The notes: a model not told the origin generated them from the letters alone. DNA of 60,694 bases from a bacterium (GCA_021372775.1 JAJFTU010000402.1:1-60694); one strand, 5' to 3'. Positions 42,901-49,655 are shown, counted from the stretch's first letter. Numbers and translations: made by a program.

Positions 42901-43531
42901 GCACGTACAGTTGACCCGTGCGGCTTCGCGCCATGACCGTACCGGGCGGGAGCGCAGGCGGCGCCAGCGGAACGCCGCCACTGGACGGCGCGTGCATCAC
43001 CGCGAGCCTTTCCGGCAGGGGCGTGTCGTTGCTGAAGAGCGTCCGCGCTTCGGCGATGGGGTCCGACTTGCCAAACAGGGTCCGCGCCTCCGCGAGCGGA
43101 TCGCCGGCAGGCTCGGGCGCCAACCGCCCCTCGATCTTCTCGACGTAGTCCTGTGTCTCCGTGAAGGGCGGAACGCCGCCATGCCGCTCGACGGCCTCGG
43201 GGCCGGCGTTGTACGCCGCGAGGGCCAGGCGCCGGTTGCCGCCGAACCGGTCCAGCATCTGCCGCAGGTAGAGCACGCCGCCCTTGATGTTGTCGTCCGG
43301 GTCGTTGGGGTCGACTCCCAGGTCACGCGCCGTACCTGGCATCAACTGCATGGACCCGACCGCGCCCTTCGGCGACCGGGCACGGGGGTTCCCACCGGAC
43401 TCGGTCTGAATCACCGCCCGCACGAGATCCACGGGCACACCGTAGGCCGCCGCGTATCGGTCGGCGGGGTCGGTCGGCGCCCCAAGAGTCGCGCGGGCGT
43501 CACGAACGGGATCGGCGGTCTCGGGTTCCAT
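30920..43531 (-). CDS. giant multi-domain (polyvalent) virion/ejection protein, 4203 aa
   Basis: Uninterrupted ATG-initiated ORF carrying SLT, GGDEF, N6-adenine MTase, SF2 helicase and HELGHH motifs. Sits where P22 has its ejection-protein genes. Confidence 0.85.
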   Translation of the reverse strand: MEPETADPVRDARATLGAPTDPADRYAAAYGVPVDLVRAVIQTESGGNPRARSPKGAVGSMQLMPGTARDLGVDPNDPDDNIKGGVLYLRQMLDRFGGNRRLALAAYNAGPEAVERHGGVPPFTETQDYVEKIEGRLAPEPAGDPLAEARTLFGKSDPIAEARTLFSNDTPLPERLAVMHAPSSGGVPLAPPALPPGTVMARSRTGQLYVQGPPSQTIDDIISTPARGVQQFVQGAKVSGEIAMAPTPAPGTPGTVMARSRTGQLYVQDRRPEVDKKALNAWSDMMEGTGKAATPAVAAGLVLALPETLLALGTSYLAGAGAGKAAELSGASPEEQRFVSNLAATIAAAGGAKRVAQVAAGTKKAIQVGTILSRLYGPGEIPGAKTIPFGELDTTRTPQTIQWQAPVPKPSTPGAVLDIGNPQAPPTIDMLVREIANTPSRKLATSTEAQVALGELKARGLSEADITAKVAAQRRAVEIQAAPVKTPAPELPTEGPSPVEYNPTTDQFSVKRPAQPSPDVRVSVVGSAPAVAQQVAPAPPAPTVTTPASAEATAAPVPAPAAAPGAVTMPQETAPVPARVQRGIDALARLQATVAEGQADVGKGFFDDAERDPLTNLFNMNGLNRRAKKQEPGRAWARIDLDNFKAVNDTLGHSEGDRALQVVADALRQTLRPGDVVARVGGDEFALNVALQPGTGGDLTGLRDRVEAAVSTALKTAGLGQVGDREIGASVGFGATEAEADAEAGKRKKERGVSKPRPKEAVPELAVTGAPAAPTLTYDEFSRQYRQAWNESKKYTPDQVGSHTFMEKMAKLADDYPQHLAKLEAEEEASAKSPAVAASLKATVKAPKKPKKVTPADLRAEVYRPGAVVYSDYWGKWDKVLAYHPATADHDWSVEVVESDKEGNPLTGARPRSHSTAPDKTETLAAVKRIEARRAQPAEPAKGWQAPAATNQVTPEGEYVGGGQKRPVGEVPHSQATGPQSTAELSARARAEAVINEHAGNGVEHLSGKELRQFRDDLSEALPRLNAHEAENWRGWLEMATAKIAAEDKPAPAPELSDKEKAKRREAADTAINIADRVHRTKAPYWGVNGLGQLDDKAFDTLARNVTDGLEDPTLTAEEKSRIEAIQADITSERERREKERAGEPTAPAAAHPAASALKDAAAALTKAADALEGKTALVRPARPKTITEDTLRAYISSVIDYSHRVGSEMGSPWYLGEMDWANDLLEGNSLATAAPALTPAEGGPTVSSEGEAANVRDSGRVRPGQPAERGGGTPRPAGARREGVLAAVPAEPVEATGEPGAVGTRPSDSGRVAPNGVQQPAGAGEGSEADRRGSVDALPERVALSPAGDTHDPGVKAPDYQLTPERVQAIIKRGPLERARGNVEAIRLVKTLQTEKRYATPDEQDVLARYVGWGASDLAEYVDPRTTTPDYGWSANQTAVWQDLRSLLSEAERDSAFHSTRNAHFTYDLYRPVWDVLAAAGFTGGRVLEPAVGTGHAFGLMPGDVRAASTLSAVELEPMTAAIAQALYPRARVHAVGYQDARVARGTQDLVISNVPFADTGVEDPEFAGAQKFLTKPLHNYFFAKAMQHVRPGGLIVFLTSRYTMDGAEATGFRRYLMERAHFVGAVRLPNSAFDKSAKTEVVTDLVVLQRFMPDEKVARNADLFIEAPKAEDLSTTSSSGWGRNRKSRENNVYRSAWYTAHPDLVLGKESTEGTMYGSGEYTVTAKSDDVTGDLRTALATLLPPGSYVPATTSATAPAPAPRMADKDSYKVNELRVSPAKGRIDRVTSDGQIVDHTPTRKNQKTKSEVVDSAAVKRVAGMIGVRDALRATVAAMENTESTDAEIAKAQRALGKAYDGFVKAHGRLNDKINRRLFDIDPESHNLRGLEILKPTAAVVTLKNGEQRLRVTHEFVAKHDIFTKRTIRAEREIDHADSAVDALMASVGTKTRIDWPYMARISGQPIDTLKAELAHLGRIFEQPDGSTVLADEYLSGDVKTKLADAEAAAKDDPKFQVNVDALRAVQPADKTADDLYGGAVSITLGSHWVPEDDLAAFVAQALGLGDDAVTAKLQGAESYVTWSVTVGSGNSHTATRASTQHALAVTYGPAKEKTYGFLDLLNDALNLKTPDLGTMEGDKDNRHYVRDEKATLAARGNLDEIRSQWMQWVMEHEDVQQRLLSTFNTRFNRTVARIFDGSHLTLPGLALPFALHPHQRAVIWRTLATGNTLFAHEVGAGKTFAMIATAMEMRRTGRARKPLITVPTHLLGQWREDIMRAYPAAKVLAFDEKDLGADKRQEAMARIAFGDWDMVLVPHSSFGLLRVSTARLVETLEQWERELTDAYLKAKAEDGKSVSTKQLAAAVDRIKDKIAKKKGSLEKKKDDALTWEQLGVDALFVDEAHAFKNLYYFSKMDNIRGLSRSESDRALDLFVKVQDINEQSSHRNLVLATATPIMNSIAEIFTMQRYLQPQALRDYGVENFDNWYTMFASALPTTEQRPDGSYQEVLRLRDYRNLNLLYRMVSQVMDYVGWEDMPYLQLPTMKGGKIDVAKTPAHPLYPQLKRWFSDRLANVKAMPPHVDRQTREYIAPARPDPLTGEPTGKLDNILTIMNDARLAAVDPRLVLGNRATDYKGSRLQDATDRIAKFWRAEKKNKGVALVFCDVGTPKDPGPLDFLRDVKAEDSTEGDSLGVEDEVIEGDEDEWATQETGAFNLYEAIKAALVKKGVPAREIAFIHQARNAAERLALFEAARRGDVRVLMASTDKGGTGMNIQARLGLEVEFDAPRAMRPGDIRQRHGRIIRQGNGVYKEVEIIRYVTNGTTDEWLYGLLGRKQKNITDFMRGDATVFRDDDPATLSIEEAQALATNDPRTIELIDLRSKFARLSAQAQAAERAIARAKADKASGQREDAALEDEIGRLREWVTGQFRSLRGEAFEVTVGGKTYTDRKDANAAIFDALWPVTKTDVGYAGRHVTYTTIGNVRGLELSASHVRGYREDNVVLFMKSPIEDQWRKVAEVFAGAEDRKEFGAGRNLVASLVDAYEGLPALLEDAKRDRQEVQRKVERADKVLASPPETVGRAKAAEARIAELEAELREEGKEKDKAAESKRLERTRAAEERRKAKAQGEDVEADDDVSTMRQRPAPAAGAPTSTEPLSPHQIVARLSEAFGGLPIKTGHFSQRALGVYKHKARVVRTKLANDLEVIGHELGHHVATILNLRRGRRPYSEELEALGADILELDADPGEKRKEGEAEFLRLYLSDPASAQNRAPLYLAAFEDALQVEPELKASIEQARTLITGFLGADSIARGLARIDFTGQEPDPKADWMLRFETAWVDDLAPIRRMVKELGTPEQILRNGYALARLARGAAMKADGFLRNGVRLPDGSKLSEGLEPALKPVAHQAREFAAYLVASRVADLTARGMKAGMTTDEAQAILDAFQSPEFDEARQAVYDFQDAVIDYAVQAGAVSPEQAVQMRALNPHYVPYQRVQDTVSGAFGGGPGSKIANRSVPIKRIKGSTRDIVNPLESIIRNTHTLVNMVEANRAMQALVAQAESTEGGGRFLEKVPAPVAATKFNLARLTPQIREALEDAGVELPDNLDEALDESAVVFTPLYMPTGKGGLVTVIQDGKRQWYAANDQALYDAITAIGPKHSDLVINLLMRPARLLRAGATLTVSFAARNPIRDTWTAYINSRYGFRLGYDSMRGLFEFVGNGELYQQFMNSGAGNAALVSADRNRIREELRRMGKSQRRAFLASIVRNPIELLRAISEATEVATRLGEFMGAVEKEGRTAEGYARAALAARDVTLDFARGGRYSKEANRYTAFFNARVQGWARLAEVFGGMDAAAGGGTPGPGGKALGGDGQPPIPMKEGPKGHWSPRRRRALGAVWRATIGITLQSLALWYLNHTDPDYHELPAWERNTYWHVPLGRAHGHDWARIPKPFEIGMIFGSFFEAAMDYMSGKDKKVADRLFPGGASSAWNVILSITPTAIVPALEAAVNYDTFRGRSIVNPYDTTLDPELQAGRWTSEAAKLIAPKLRMAPAKFDHLVYGYTAGLGRGIEGATDAGLSATGIAKDKRPSGGLARAPFVSAFYRETPRADAQSFQEFYETRDALRGALRSVDEYRASGDTAKAKARTRELDAEYGGDARLTAARIAFAETRLRTLSQQVNKAFEDPRLSPDDRRAKLNALYARMLNVVRQGLGKPTIH
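33914..33931 (-). other. HExxH zincin motif within the giant protein
   Basis: LEVIGHELGHHVATIL. Confidence 0.5.
35129..36909 (-). other. SF2 (SNF2/DEAH-like) helicase domain of the giant protein
   Basis: HPHQ, HEVGAGKT (36818-36850), FVDEAHAFKN (36329-36352), LVLATATP, STDKGGTGMN, QRHGRIIRQGN (35129-35165). Confidence 0.8.
38570..39460 (-). other. N6-adenine DNA methyltransferase domain of the giant protein
   Basis: Motif I VLEPAVGTGHAF (about 39043-39075) and motif IV ISNVPFAD (about 38858-38869). Together with the helicase this resembles the P1 DarB architecture (from memory). Confidence 0.75.
39463..39768 (-). CDS. 101-aa ORF embedded out of frame inside the giant ORF
   Basis: GGGAGG-6 nt-ATG. 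By hand count about 86% G/C at codon position 3 in this frame versus about 50% in the giant frame over the same bases. Globular-looking sequence MSEIVGVYDPDNPP...WTRYRNEWLYPPPETPTTQA. Confidence 0.5.
   Translation of the reverse strand: MSEIVGVYDPDNPPSVEAEPLGPRELDAKAYWQRFLPNLSKQLESQGPLALDRAIRAAWHRTEYSSLLAQARDPKLTDAEAWTRYRNEWLYPPPETPTTQA
39792..39820 (-). promoter_or_regulatory. sigma70-like promoter candidate for the embedded ORF
   Basis: Minus strand reads TTGACT (39820-39815)-17 nt-TACGGT (39797-39792), about 24 nt upstream of ATG 39768. Confidence 0.3.
41318..41698 (-). other. GGDEF (diguanylate cyclase) domain of the giant protein
   Basis: DPLTNLFNMNGL...ARIDLDNFKAVNDTLGHSEGDRAL...RPGDVVARVGGDEFAL...SVGFG. 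GGDEF codons at 41477-41491. RxxD lies 5 residues upstream. Confidence 0.8.
43136..43453 (-). other. lytic transglycosylase (SLT) domain of the giant protein
   Basis: VIQTESGGNPRARSPKGAVGSMQLMPGTA...LAAYNAGPEAV. Confidence 0.8.
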
Positions 43532-43534
43532 TAG

Positions 43535-44860
43535 CTACCTCAGCGCGTCGTACTGAGCGAGCAACTGCTGTCCCTGAACCTTGAGCGCCGCCTGTTTCGC
43601 GGGGTCCCGCTCACCCTTGACCTGGTCCGCCAGCGCGCGAATCTGTTGCTCGAGGCGCGCCTTCTGCGGGCTGGCCGTCGTGGTCGACGTGTTCGCGGCT
43701 GCTGGCATCGATGCCGTCGGCTTGGCGCCAGCGTTCTGCGACGGAGGCTCCCACGCCGGCGTGTTCACGCCCTTGACCTTCCAGCCGGCCTCAGCGAGCG
43801 ACCCGACGGTCTCCTGGTTGGTCTGTGCCCGATAGCTGTTCTCGATCTCGAGCAGGCGGCCCTGGAACTCGTCGTCGTCGATCTCTTCACCCTTCCCGAC
43901 CCACTTCCTCGAGTCGCCGTCCCACTTGTAGGCGGCCTTCAGCTTGTCGATGCGCGCGTCGCGGAAGCGGAGCGCCGCGCCCTTCTGGGCCTCGGAGAGT
44001 CCAGCCTGACCGCCGAGCCGGTCGTTGCGTTCCTGACTCTGCCGCTCGAGTTCGAGGTTGTGCCGCTTCTGCTCGGCCCTGGACTCCGCCGTGTCAGCCA
44101 GGCGGCGCCGCTCTTCCGGCGTCATGGCGAGCGTGGCCATCCGGTCGGGCGCCTTCTCGTCGTACTGCTCGGGCACCAGCGCCAACACCGTCTGTGGCGC
44201 CCCCTGCGCTCTCAGGATGCCTCGGTAGGTGCTCCACAACTCCGGCGTCTTCGCGCCGGACATGATCTGACCGGACAACGCCAGCCAGTCCTGTTCGGTC
44301 TTCGGCCGCTTTTCGAGATGCGTCAGCATCTCGTTCTGCCAGGTGGTGTACTCCGACGCCTTCATGCCGATGCCACGGAGGAAGTCCACGGCCTGCCGCG
44401 CTTTCGACTGACCGCTCGCGTCGGGCTCGTCCCACACGTCAGGAAGCATGGCGGCCAGGCGCGGCTCGTACTTCTGGAGGTAGCCCTTCGCCGCGGTGAG
44501 CGTGCCCTGGTCCTTGACGCCCTGAACCACCTGCAGGCCCTGCTCGAGCTGCTGCCGGTAGACGTCGTTCTCGGCCTTGAGCGTGTCGAGGTGCGTCTTG
44601 CGCTGCGCGGCGATGGCAGACTCGAAGCGGAGTGCGGCCGCGCCGTGACCCGATTGCTGCAGCGTGTTCGACACGGCTTCCGGGTCGTCCGGGTGCTGCG
44701 CCATCGCCTCGCGGAGCGCCGCGTCGTCGCCAGCGGCCTGCACGCGAGCCTGTGTCTCGAGCTGACGGTCCTTCAACGCCATCACGTCCCCGAGTTTCTG
44801 GAGGACGTTCGGCGCCTGCGGCGCCCGAGCCGCAAGCGGAATGTTGGGGTCGATGCCCAT
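43535..44860 (-). CDS. internal virion / ejection protein candidate (441 aa)
   Basis: Q/A/E-rich helical protein. The stop lies 3 nt before the giant ORF ATG. Confidence 0.5.
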   Translation of the reverse strand: MGIDPNIPLAARAPQAPNVLQKLGDVMALKDRQLETQARVQAAGDDAALREAMAQHPDDPEAVSNTLQQSGHGAAALRFESAIAAQRKTHLDTLKAENDVYRQQLEQGLQVVQGVKDQGTLTAAKGYLQKYEPRLAAMLPDVWDEPDASGQSKARQAVDFLRGIGMKASEYTTWQNEMLTHLEKRPKTEQDWLALSGQIMSGAKTPELWSTYRGILRAQGAPQTVLALVPEQYDEKAPDRMATLAMTPEERRRLADTAESRAEQKRHNLELERQSQERNDRLGGQAGLSEAQKGAALRFRDARIDKLKAAYKWDGDSRKWVGKGEEIDDDEFQGRLLEIENSYRAQTNQETVGSLAEAGWKVKGVNTPAWEPPSQNAGAKPTASMPAAANTSTTTASPQKARLEQQIRALADQVKGERDPAKQAALKVQGQQLLAQYDALR

Positions 44861-44878
44861 AACTGGCTCCTGGCGCGA

Positions 44879-45634
44879 TCAGCGGCCGAAGATCCGACTC
44901 TCGACGTTGTTGACGTCGTTCCGAACGTAGCTGCTGCCCGTGTTCGGCGCGAGGCCCTGGTTCTGCCAGTACTTCATCAGCGCGGCGTCGGCGATGCTCA
45001 TGCCCGCGCCAGCGAGGCCGCTCCCCCAGGCGTTCCCGGCCCCGACCACGCCGGCCGCCCCCGCGTTGCCCGCGCCCGTGATGAGGTCCGATCCGTCGTT
45101 GCCGAAGTCTCCCGCGGCCGCCGCCTGCCCCGCCGCGGCCGACTGGCCCTGGCCCGATAGCGCCATCAGGCGCTGGAACTGTTTGTTCTGGTTGTTCTCG
45201 AATGTGCTGAAGGCGGTCCCGTACTGGTCCTTCGCGCGGCCGTAGACCTCGTTGTACTTCGTGTCGGCGTAGTCCTGCGCCCACTTCGTCAGGTCCTTCA
45301 TCGCGCCGCCGGTCAGCAGCGTGCCGCCGGCCGCGGCGGACCGCTGCAGCGCCTTGATGCCTTCGTCGAAGCTGAACTGGAATCCCGGGTCCTTCCGGGC
45401 CTGTTCAGCCGTCGGCGCCACGAAGGGCGTCGTCCACGGCTGCATCAGGCCGCTGGCCATCACCGACGCGAGCGGGAACTGCCCGCCGCCCGTGAAGGTG
45501 CCTGGAACGAAGTCGCCGCCCGTGTCGATGGCCGGCGGCGTCGTCGGCGTCTCGGTCAGGGTCGGGGGCTGGCCGCCCACGGTGTACTGCGGCCCGTTCA
45601 CTCCGACCGGCGCGTTGTCATCGAACCACGACAT
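44879..45634 (-). CDS. internal virion protein candidate (251 aa)
   Basis: G/A/Q-rich. Position between the neck genes and the giant ORF. Confidence 0.5.
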   Translation of the reverse strand: MSWFDDNAPVGVNGPQYTVGGQPPTLTETPTTPPAIDTGGDFVPGTFTGGGQFPLASVMASGLMQPWTTPFVAPTAEQARKDPGFQFSFDEGIKALQRSAAAGGTLLTGGAMKDLTKWAQDYADTKYNEVYGRAKDQYGTAFSTFENNQNKQFQRLMALSGQGQSAAAGQAAAAGDFGNDGSDLITGAGNAGAAGVVGAGNAWGSGLAGAGMSIADAALMKYWQNQGLAPNTGSSYVRNDVNNVESRIFGR

Positions 45635-45642
45635 AAGGCCCC

Positions 45643-46107
45643 CTACTGAACGAGCGTCGCGCCCTTGGCGACGTAGTGGCTCGCGACGCGCCGCGGCACG
45701 GCCTGCTGGCTGCCGTCAGGCGCCCGCAACAGGACCATCTCGATGTCGGCCGGCTCTCCGCCGTTCTGCCTGGCGACGGTACGCGTCGACCGCATGGTGT
45801 CCATGAACGGGCCGGGTCTCGGGGCCCGCGTCGTCGACGTGCCACCGTCCGTGATCTGCTTCGCCGCCGGCGCCGGCCGGAAGCCCATGAGCGCCGAGAG
45901 CGTCTGATTCGCCTGGTTCCCAGACGTCACCCACGGCTGGAGGTCGGCCCGGCGCGTGGTGAACATCTCGCGCTGGAGCGCCAGCGCGTCACTCGCGGAT
46001 TTCTGCTGAATGTCAGCCGCCTCGCCGGCGGAGTGCGCCGCGATGGCCGCTCCGCCGACGGACCCGGCGGGACCGATGATGGCTGGCAGGAAGGGGGCAA
46101 CCGGCAT
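45643..46107 (-). CDS. internal virion protein candidate (154 aa)
   Basis: Trimmed to ATG 46107. Hydrophobic N-terminus MPVAPFLPAIIGPAGSVGGAAIAA. Confidence 0.45.
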   Translation of the reverse strand: MPVAPFLPAIIGPAGSVGGAAIAAHSAGEAADIQQKSASDALALQREMFTTRRADLQPWVTSGNQANQTLSALMGFRPAPAAKQITDGGTSTTRAPRPGPFMDTMRSTRTVARQNGGEPADIEMVLLRAPDGSQQAVPRRVASHYVAKGATLVQ

Positions 46108-46109
46108 AG

Positions 46110-46487
46110 CTACCTCACGATCGGAAGCACGAACGATTCCGCAGCGATGGGAACGCCGCCGCACCGAATCAGCAATTCTCGGATCTTCAAGTTGTCGGCG
46201 CCGGTCCACACGCGCTCGTACCCGAACGCCTTGACCGCTCTGCGCATCGCCAACCAGAGGCGAACCGGCACAACCGGGTCCGCCTGGAACTCCGGATCGA
46301 CCTCGATCCCCTCCGCGTGCAGTTGCAGGACCGCAGCCCACTGCGCCACGATTCGCCCATCGACCTCGACCACCGGCAGACGCACGCGCTCGGGATGCGT
46401 CCTGAGCGCGTCGAGCAAGGGACCGATCGAGGACCCCGCGAGGCGGTCCCACTCGTCCACGGGCAATTCGCGGCTGGTCAGCGCCAC
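46110..46487 (-). CDS. hypothetical protein (125 aa)
   Basis: GTG 46487, 1 nt after the upstream TGA. The upstream part of the track ORF is shadow-like. Confidence 0.4.
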   Translation of the reverse strand: MALTSRELPVDEWDRLAGSSIGPLLDALRTHPERVRLPVVEVDGRIVAQWAAVLQLHAEGIEVDPEFQADPVVPVRLWLAMRRAVKAFGYERVWTGADNLKIRELLIRCGGVPIAAESFVLPIVR

Positions 46488-46488
46488 C

Positions 46489-47055
46489 TCAGTACCCCGG
46501 AATCCCTGGCATCGCGTCGATGAACGCCCCGAGCAGCGTGATCGCCCGCGGCCCTTCGAACGTGAACCGGAACACCCACTCGCGCGCGCGACCGAGCGCG
46601 CGCCACATCGGCTGACGTAGGAAGTCGTCGCTGTCGGCCATCGTGACAATCAGCGGCGCGCCCCACGTCTTCCCGTGGTCCTTCGAGACTTCCAGCGTGA
46701 ACACCGGCGTGGGGTCTTCGCGCCCTGGCGCCGTCGGTCCGAGTTCGAGGTGGACCTGCAGCCAGTTCACGAAGATCCACGTCTGATCGGCCGAGAAGTA
46801 CGTGGTCTGCCGCACGCACCGGATCGGCCGGGTGAAGTAGCGGTAGTGCACGCCGGTCGGCACAACCCCGGGCGTCGCCGCGATGACGGGCGTCAGCGTG
46901 CGGAGCACCACGCGCGTGAGCGCCACGGCCGCCGACTCTCCCGATCCGGTCAGGCTGCGCAGACTGACTCTCGTGACGCCGACGGGCGCAGTGATCCCGT
47001 CGCCCGTGAGGGTCCGCACCGCAACGCGCGTGAGGTCAATCGCCTGCGAGGCCAT
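46489..47055 (-). CDS. tail/neck structural protein with N-terminal repeats
   Basis: Three copies of (L/V)TRV.LR.LTG, then a globular C-terminal domain. Confidence 0.5.
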   Translation of the reverse strand: MASQAIDLTRVAVRTLTGDGITAPVGVTRVSLRSLTGSGESAAVALTRVVLRTLTPVIAATPGVVPTGVHYRYFTRPIRCVRQTTYFSADQTWIFVNWLQVHLELGPTAPGREDPTPVFTLEVSKDHGKTWGAPLIVTMADSDDFLRQPMWRALGRAREWVFRFTFEGPRAITLLGAFIDAMPGIPGY

Positions 47056-47058
47056 GAC

Positions 47059-48120
47059 TTAGTACGTCTTCACCGCGCCCGCTTCCATCGCGTTGAACTC
47101 GGCCTCGGTCCATGCGAGATCCGTCGCCGGGTTCACAGTGAACCGCGGCCGGAATCGCTGGATGCTGGTGCTGAGTCCCTGGGCGGACGAGTCGAAATGA
47201 TCGTCGGCCACCTGCACCGAGGCGGCGACCGAGCCCCACCCGGCCGCCTCGATACGGGCGTCCAGCACGGCCATGACATCCACGATCGGCGCGCCCGCGT
47301 TCTTCAATACGTCGTGGCCGTAGGTTTCCCGGTCGCCAACACCGGACAGGACCACGTAGGTGGTCAGGTCGTCTGGTTCCGGCGACTCGTTGACCCGGGT
47401 GTAGTGGTCCGTGCCCGAGCCCCCGACGGGCGTCCCGAAGTTGTTGTCGAGAGAATCCCCGGTCGGGAAGTGGCTATCCACGCGGTAGTCCCCGACGACG
47501 TCCGAGGCCAGAATCAGATCATCGAAGTAGACGGCCGTCGCGGCGGGCCCGCAGTACCCGCAGCCGTAGACCAGGTGCGTGATGCTTGCCGTCGCGCCGT
47601 TCTGGGTGTTGAGGCCGGTGAGCTGCAGGACGTTCGTGTCGTTCACGTAGACGTCGATCGTCCCGGCTGTCGCATGAATCGTGACCACGGCCTGCAGCGA
47701 CACGGCGGTCGCACCAACGACCCCCGCCTCTGACGTGCCAAGCACGGTCGCGCCGACACCACCCTGCGAGAAGTCGTATCCGGACGCCGCGGCGTCACGG
47801 AGGGCCGAGAGCGAGCCGTCCGGGTTGAGGCGAATTGAGACGTGGCCGCCGTCCCCGTTCTGGAAGTCGAAGAGGTAGATCGCGCGAGCCAGTTGGTTCG
47901 TCACCTGGACGACGCACCTCGCGGCGAGCGTGGGTGTCCCGCCCGACCGCGCGAAGCGCGAGACGTAGTCGCCCATCGCGGTGGCGGCCTGGCACAGCAG
48001 GCGCCGGCCGCCAAAGCGGCCACCGGTGACGGTCGTCGGCGTGCCGATGACACGCGCGTGTTCGCGCGCCGGGCTCGTGTAGTCGTCGAAGCCGTCGTAA
48101 TCGTAAATGGTGGTGGACAT
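47059..48120 (-). CDS. tail structural protein (353 aa)
   Basis: ATG start. Beta-rich T/G/V/D composition. Confidence 0.5.
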   Translation of the reverse strand: MSTTIYDYDGFDDYTSPAREHARVIGTPTTVTGGRFGGRRLLCQAATAMGDYVSRFARSGGTPTLAARCVVQVTNQLARAIYLFDFQNGDGGHVSIRLNPDGSLSALRDAAASGYDFSQGGVGATVLGTSEAGVVGATAVSLQAVVTIHATAGTIDVYVNDTNVLQLTGLNTQNGATASITHLVYGCGYCGPAATAVYFDDLILASDVVGDYRVDSHFPTGDSLDNNFGTPVGGSGTDHYTRVNESPEPDDLTTYVVLSGVGDRETYGHDVLKNAGAPIVDVMAVLDARIEAAGWGSVAASVQVADDHFDSSAQGLSTSIQRFRPRFTVNPATDLAWTEAEFNAMEAGAVKTY

Positions 48121-48129
48121 CGTTCGCCT

Positions 48130-48537
48130 CTACTCGGCGTACCCCTGCACGATTTCCGAGAACCAGACGCCGAGCGCCTCGCAGTAGGTCATCCGGACGA
48201 GGTCGCACTTGCCGGGGGTCAGCGTGACCGTCGGCGCGACCCCGCCAGGCCAGGCCACGGACGCCGGCCAGGTCACCGCGAATCCCCCGCTGCCGGACCG
48301 GACGGCGAGCAGATACTGCCCCCCGTCCTCACCATTCCGAATGGCGACGGCGCAGGACGCGGTCAGCGTGACGATCTGTTTGCGCCCTCGCGACCAGTCC
48401 ACGACCGCCGCCGATCCCACCGGCCCGCGGTCTATCCACTCGATCGGTTCTGGCTGAAAGAAGTCCGACCACGGGCCACGCATCACGAAGCGTCGATCGT
48501 CGACCAGCGGCGCGGAGAGCGGAGGGATTCTCGCCAT
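48130..48537 (-). CDS. hypothetical structural protein (135 aa)
   Basis: ATG 48537 overlaps the upstream TAA (TAATG). The track ORF to 49143 is shadow. Confidence 0.5.
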   Translation of the reverse strand: MARIPPLSAPLVDDRRFVMRGPWSDFFQPEPIEWIDRGPVGSAAVVDWSRGRKQIVTLTASCAVAIRNGEDGGQYLLAVRSGSGGFAVTWPASVAWPGGVAPTVTLTPGKCDLVRMTYCEALGVWFSEIVQGYAE

Positions 48538-49655
48538 TACGCCGCCTCCACGAGCGTGTCCTCGGCCACCTCGAGGTCCACCGCGTAGATCGCGCCCGTT
48601 GACGGATCGCCCACCAGGTGCTGCCCGTTGAAGCAGGTGTGGCAGCGCGCCGGGAACGGCCGCCAGTTCGCCCGGTCGGGGTCCCACACGCCCCACTCCA
48701 TCCAGGCGTTTGTCGAGACATCGAAGAGCCAGGTGGTCGGCAGGTCGGGGACGTAGAGCGCGTACCAGAGGTGCTTTTCGTACTCCATCGCCCACGCCAC
48801 GGCCTCGGCGAGGCGAGCAGACTTGCCGAGTTGGTGCTGGACCGCGTGGGTCGAGACGACAACGGGCGTGTAGCCGTTCATCCGCCAGACCTGGCCGCGT
48901 CCGTGGGCGTCTTGCCCGATGTAGTAGATCGTGTTGTCGAGCACCACCGCCGACCACGGGGCGAGGATGCCGTGCTCGATCTGGGCGCCGCCGTAGGGCG
49001 CGAACGGGAAATTCGACGCGCCGTTGTTGTACCAGACGGTCGTGTTCTTCGAGCCCATCAACCAGAGTTGGCGCTGAAGGACCACCATCGCCCGAAGGTT
49101 GTCCGACGACGTCGAGACCTCGCCGAGGTCGAGGCCGTCCCACGAGGTTCCGTTCTCGAGCGAGGAAATCTTGAACTGGCGCGTATTGCCCCGCAGCCCG
49201 ACGAAGTACCCGTCGACGAACGCCGCCATCGTGAGCGGCCTGGGCAAGTCCGGGTCGGTGATCTGCGCGAACCGGTTGTGCCGCAGGTCAAAGCGGTAGC
49301 CCCTTCCGCCTGACGTCGTGAGGACCTGATAGCCGGCGGTGCCGTTGCTGCTGATGGTCGCCGGGTTGGCGTCTGGCGCCATGACGCCGCGGGCGATGCT
49401 CGTGCGGTTCGCCAGCACCTCGTAGAAGCGGTCGCCGCCGACCCCGAAGCACCGGCCGTCCTCGCTCCACAGCGCCCGCACCGGCCCGCCCGGTAGGCAC
49501 GTGTAGGGCGTCACGGCAGGTCGGCCGCGCATGATGGGCTCGCTCGGTCCGCTCCCTCCGTCCACAACCTCCGGGTAGAGGTTGATCGTCCGCTCGAGGC
49601 TGACGTGCCCTGAGCGGGACGGATTCGAGGGGCCGATGAAGCCAGGCAGGCGCAT
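48537..49655 (-). CDS. P22 gp10-like neck (DNA stabilisation) protein
   Basis: 372 aa, directly after the gp4-like gene. Pattern LYPE...F.ISSLENGTSWDGLD...LWLMGSKNTTVWYNNG..FPF resembles the phage stabilisation protein family (from memory). Confidence 0.5.
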   Translation of the reverse strand: MRLPGFIGPSNPSRSGHVSLERTINLYPEVVDGGSGPSEPIMRGRPAVTPYTCLPGGPVRALWSEDGRCFGVGGDRFYEVLANRTSIARGVMAPDANPATISSNGTAGYQVLTTSGGRGYRFDLRHNRFAQITDPDLPRPLTMAAFVDGYFVGLRGNTRQFKISSLENGTSWDGLDLGEVSTSSDNLRAMVVLQRQLWLMGSKNTTVWYNNGASNFPFAPYGGAQIEHGILAPWSAVVLDNTIYYIGQDAHGRGQVWRMNGYTPVVVSTHAVQHQLGKSARLAEAVAWAMEYEKHLWYALYVPDLPTTWLFDVSTNAWMEWGVWDPDRANWRPFPARCHTCFNGQHLVGDPSTGAIYAVDLEVAEDTLVEAA

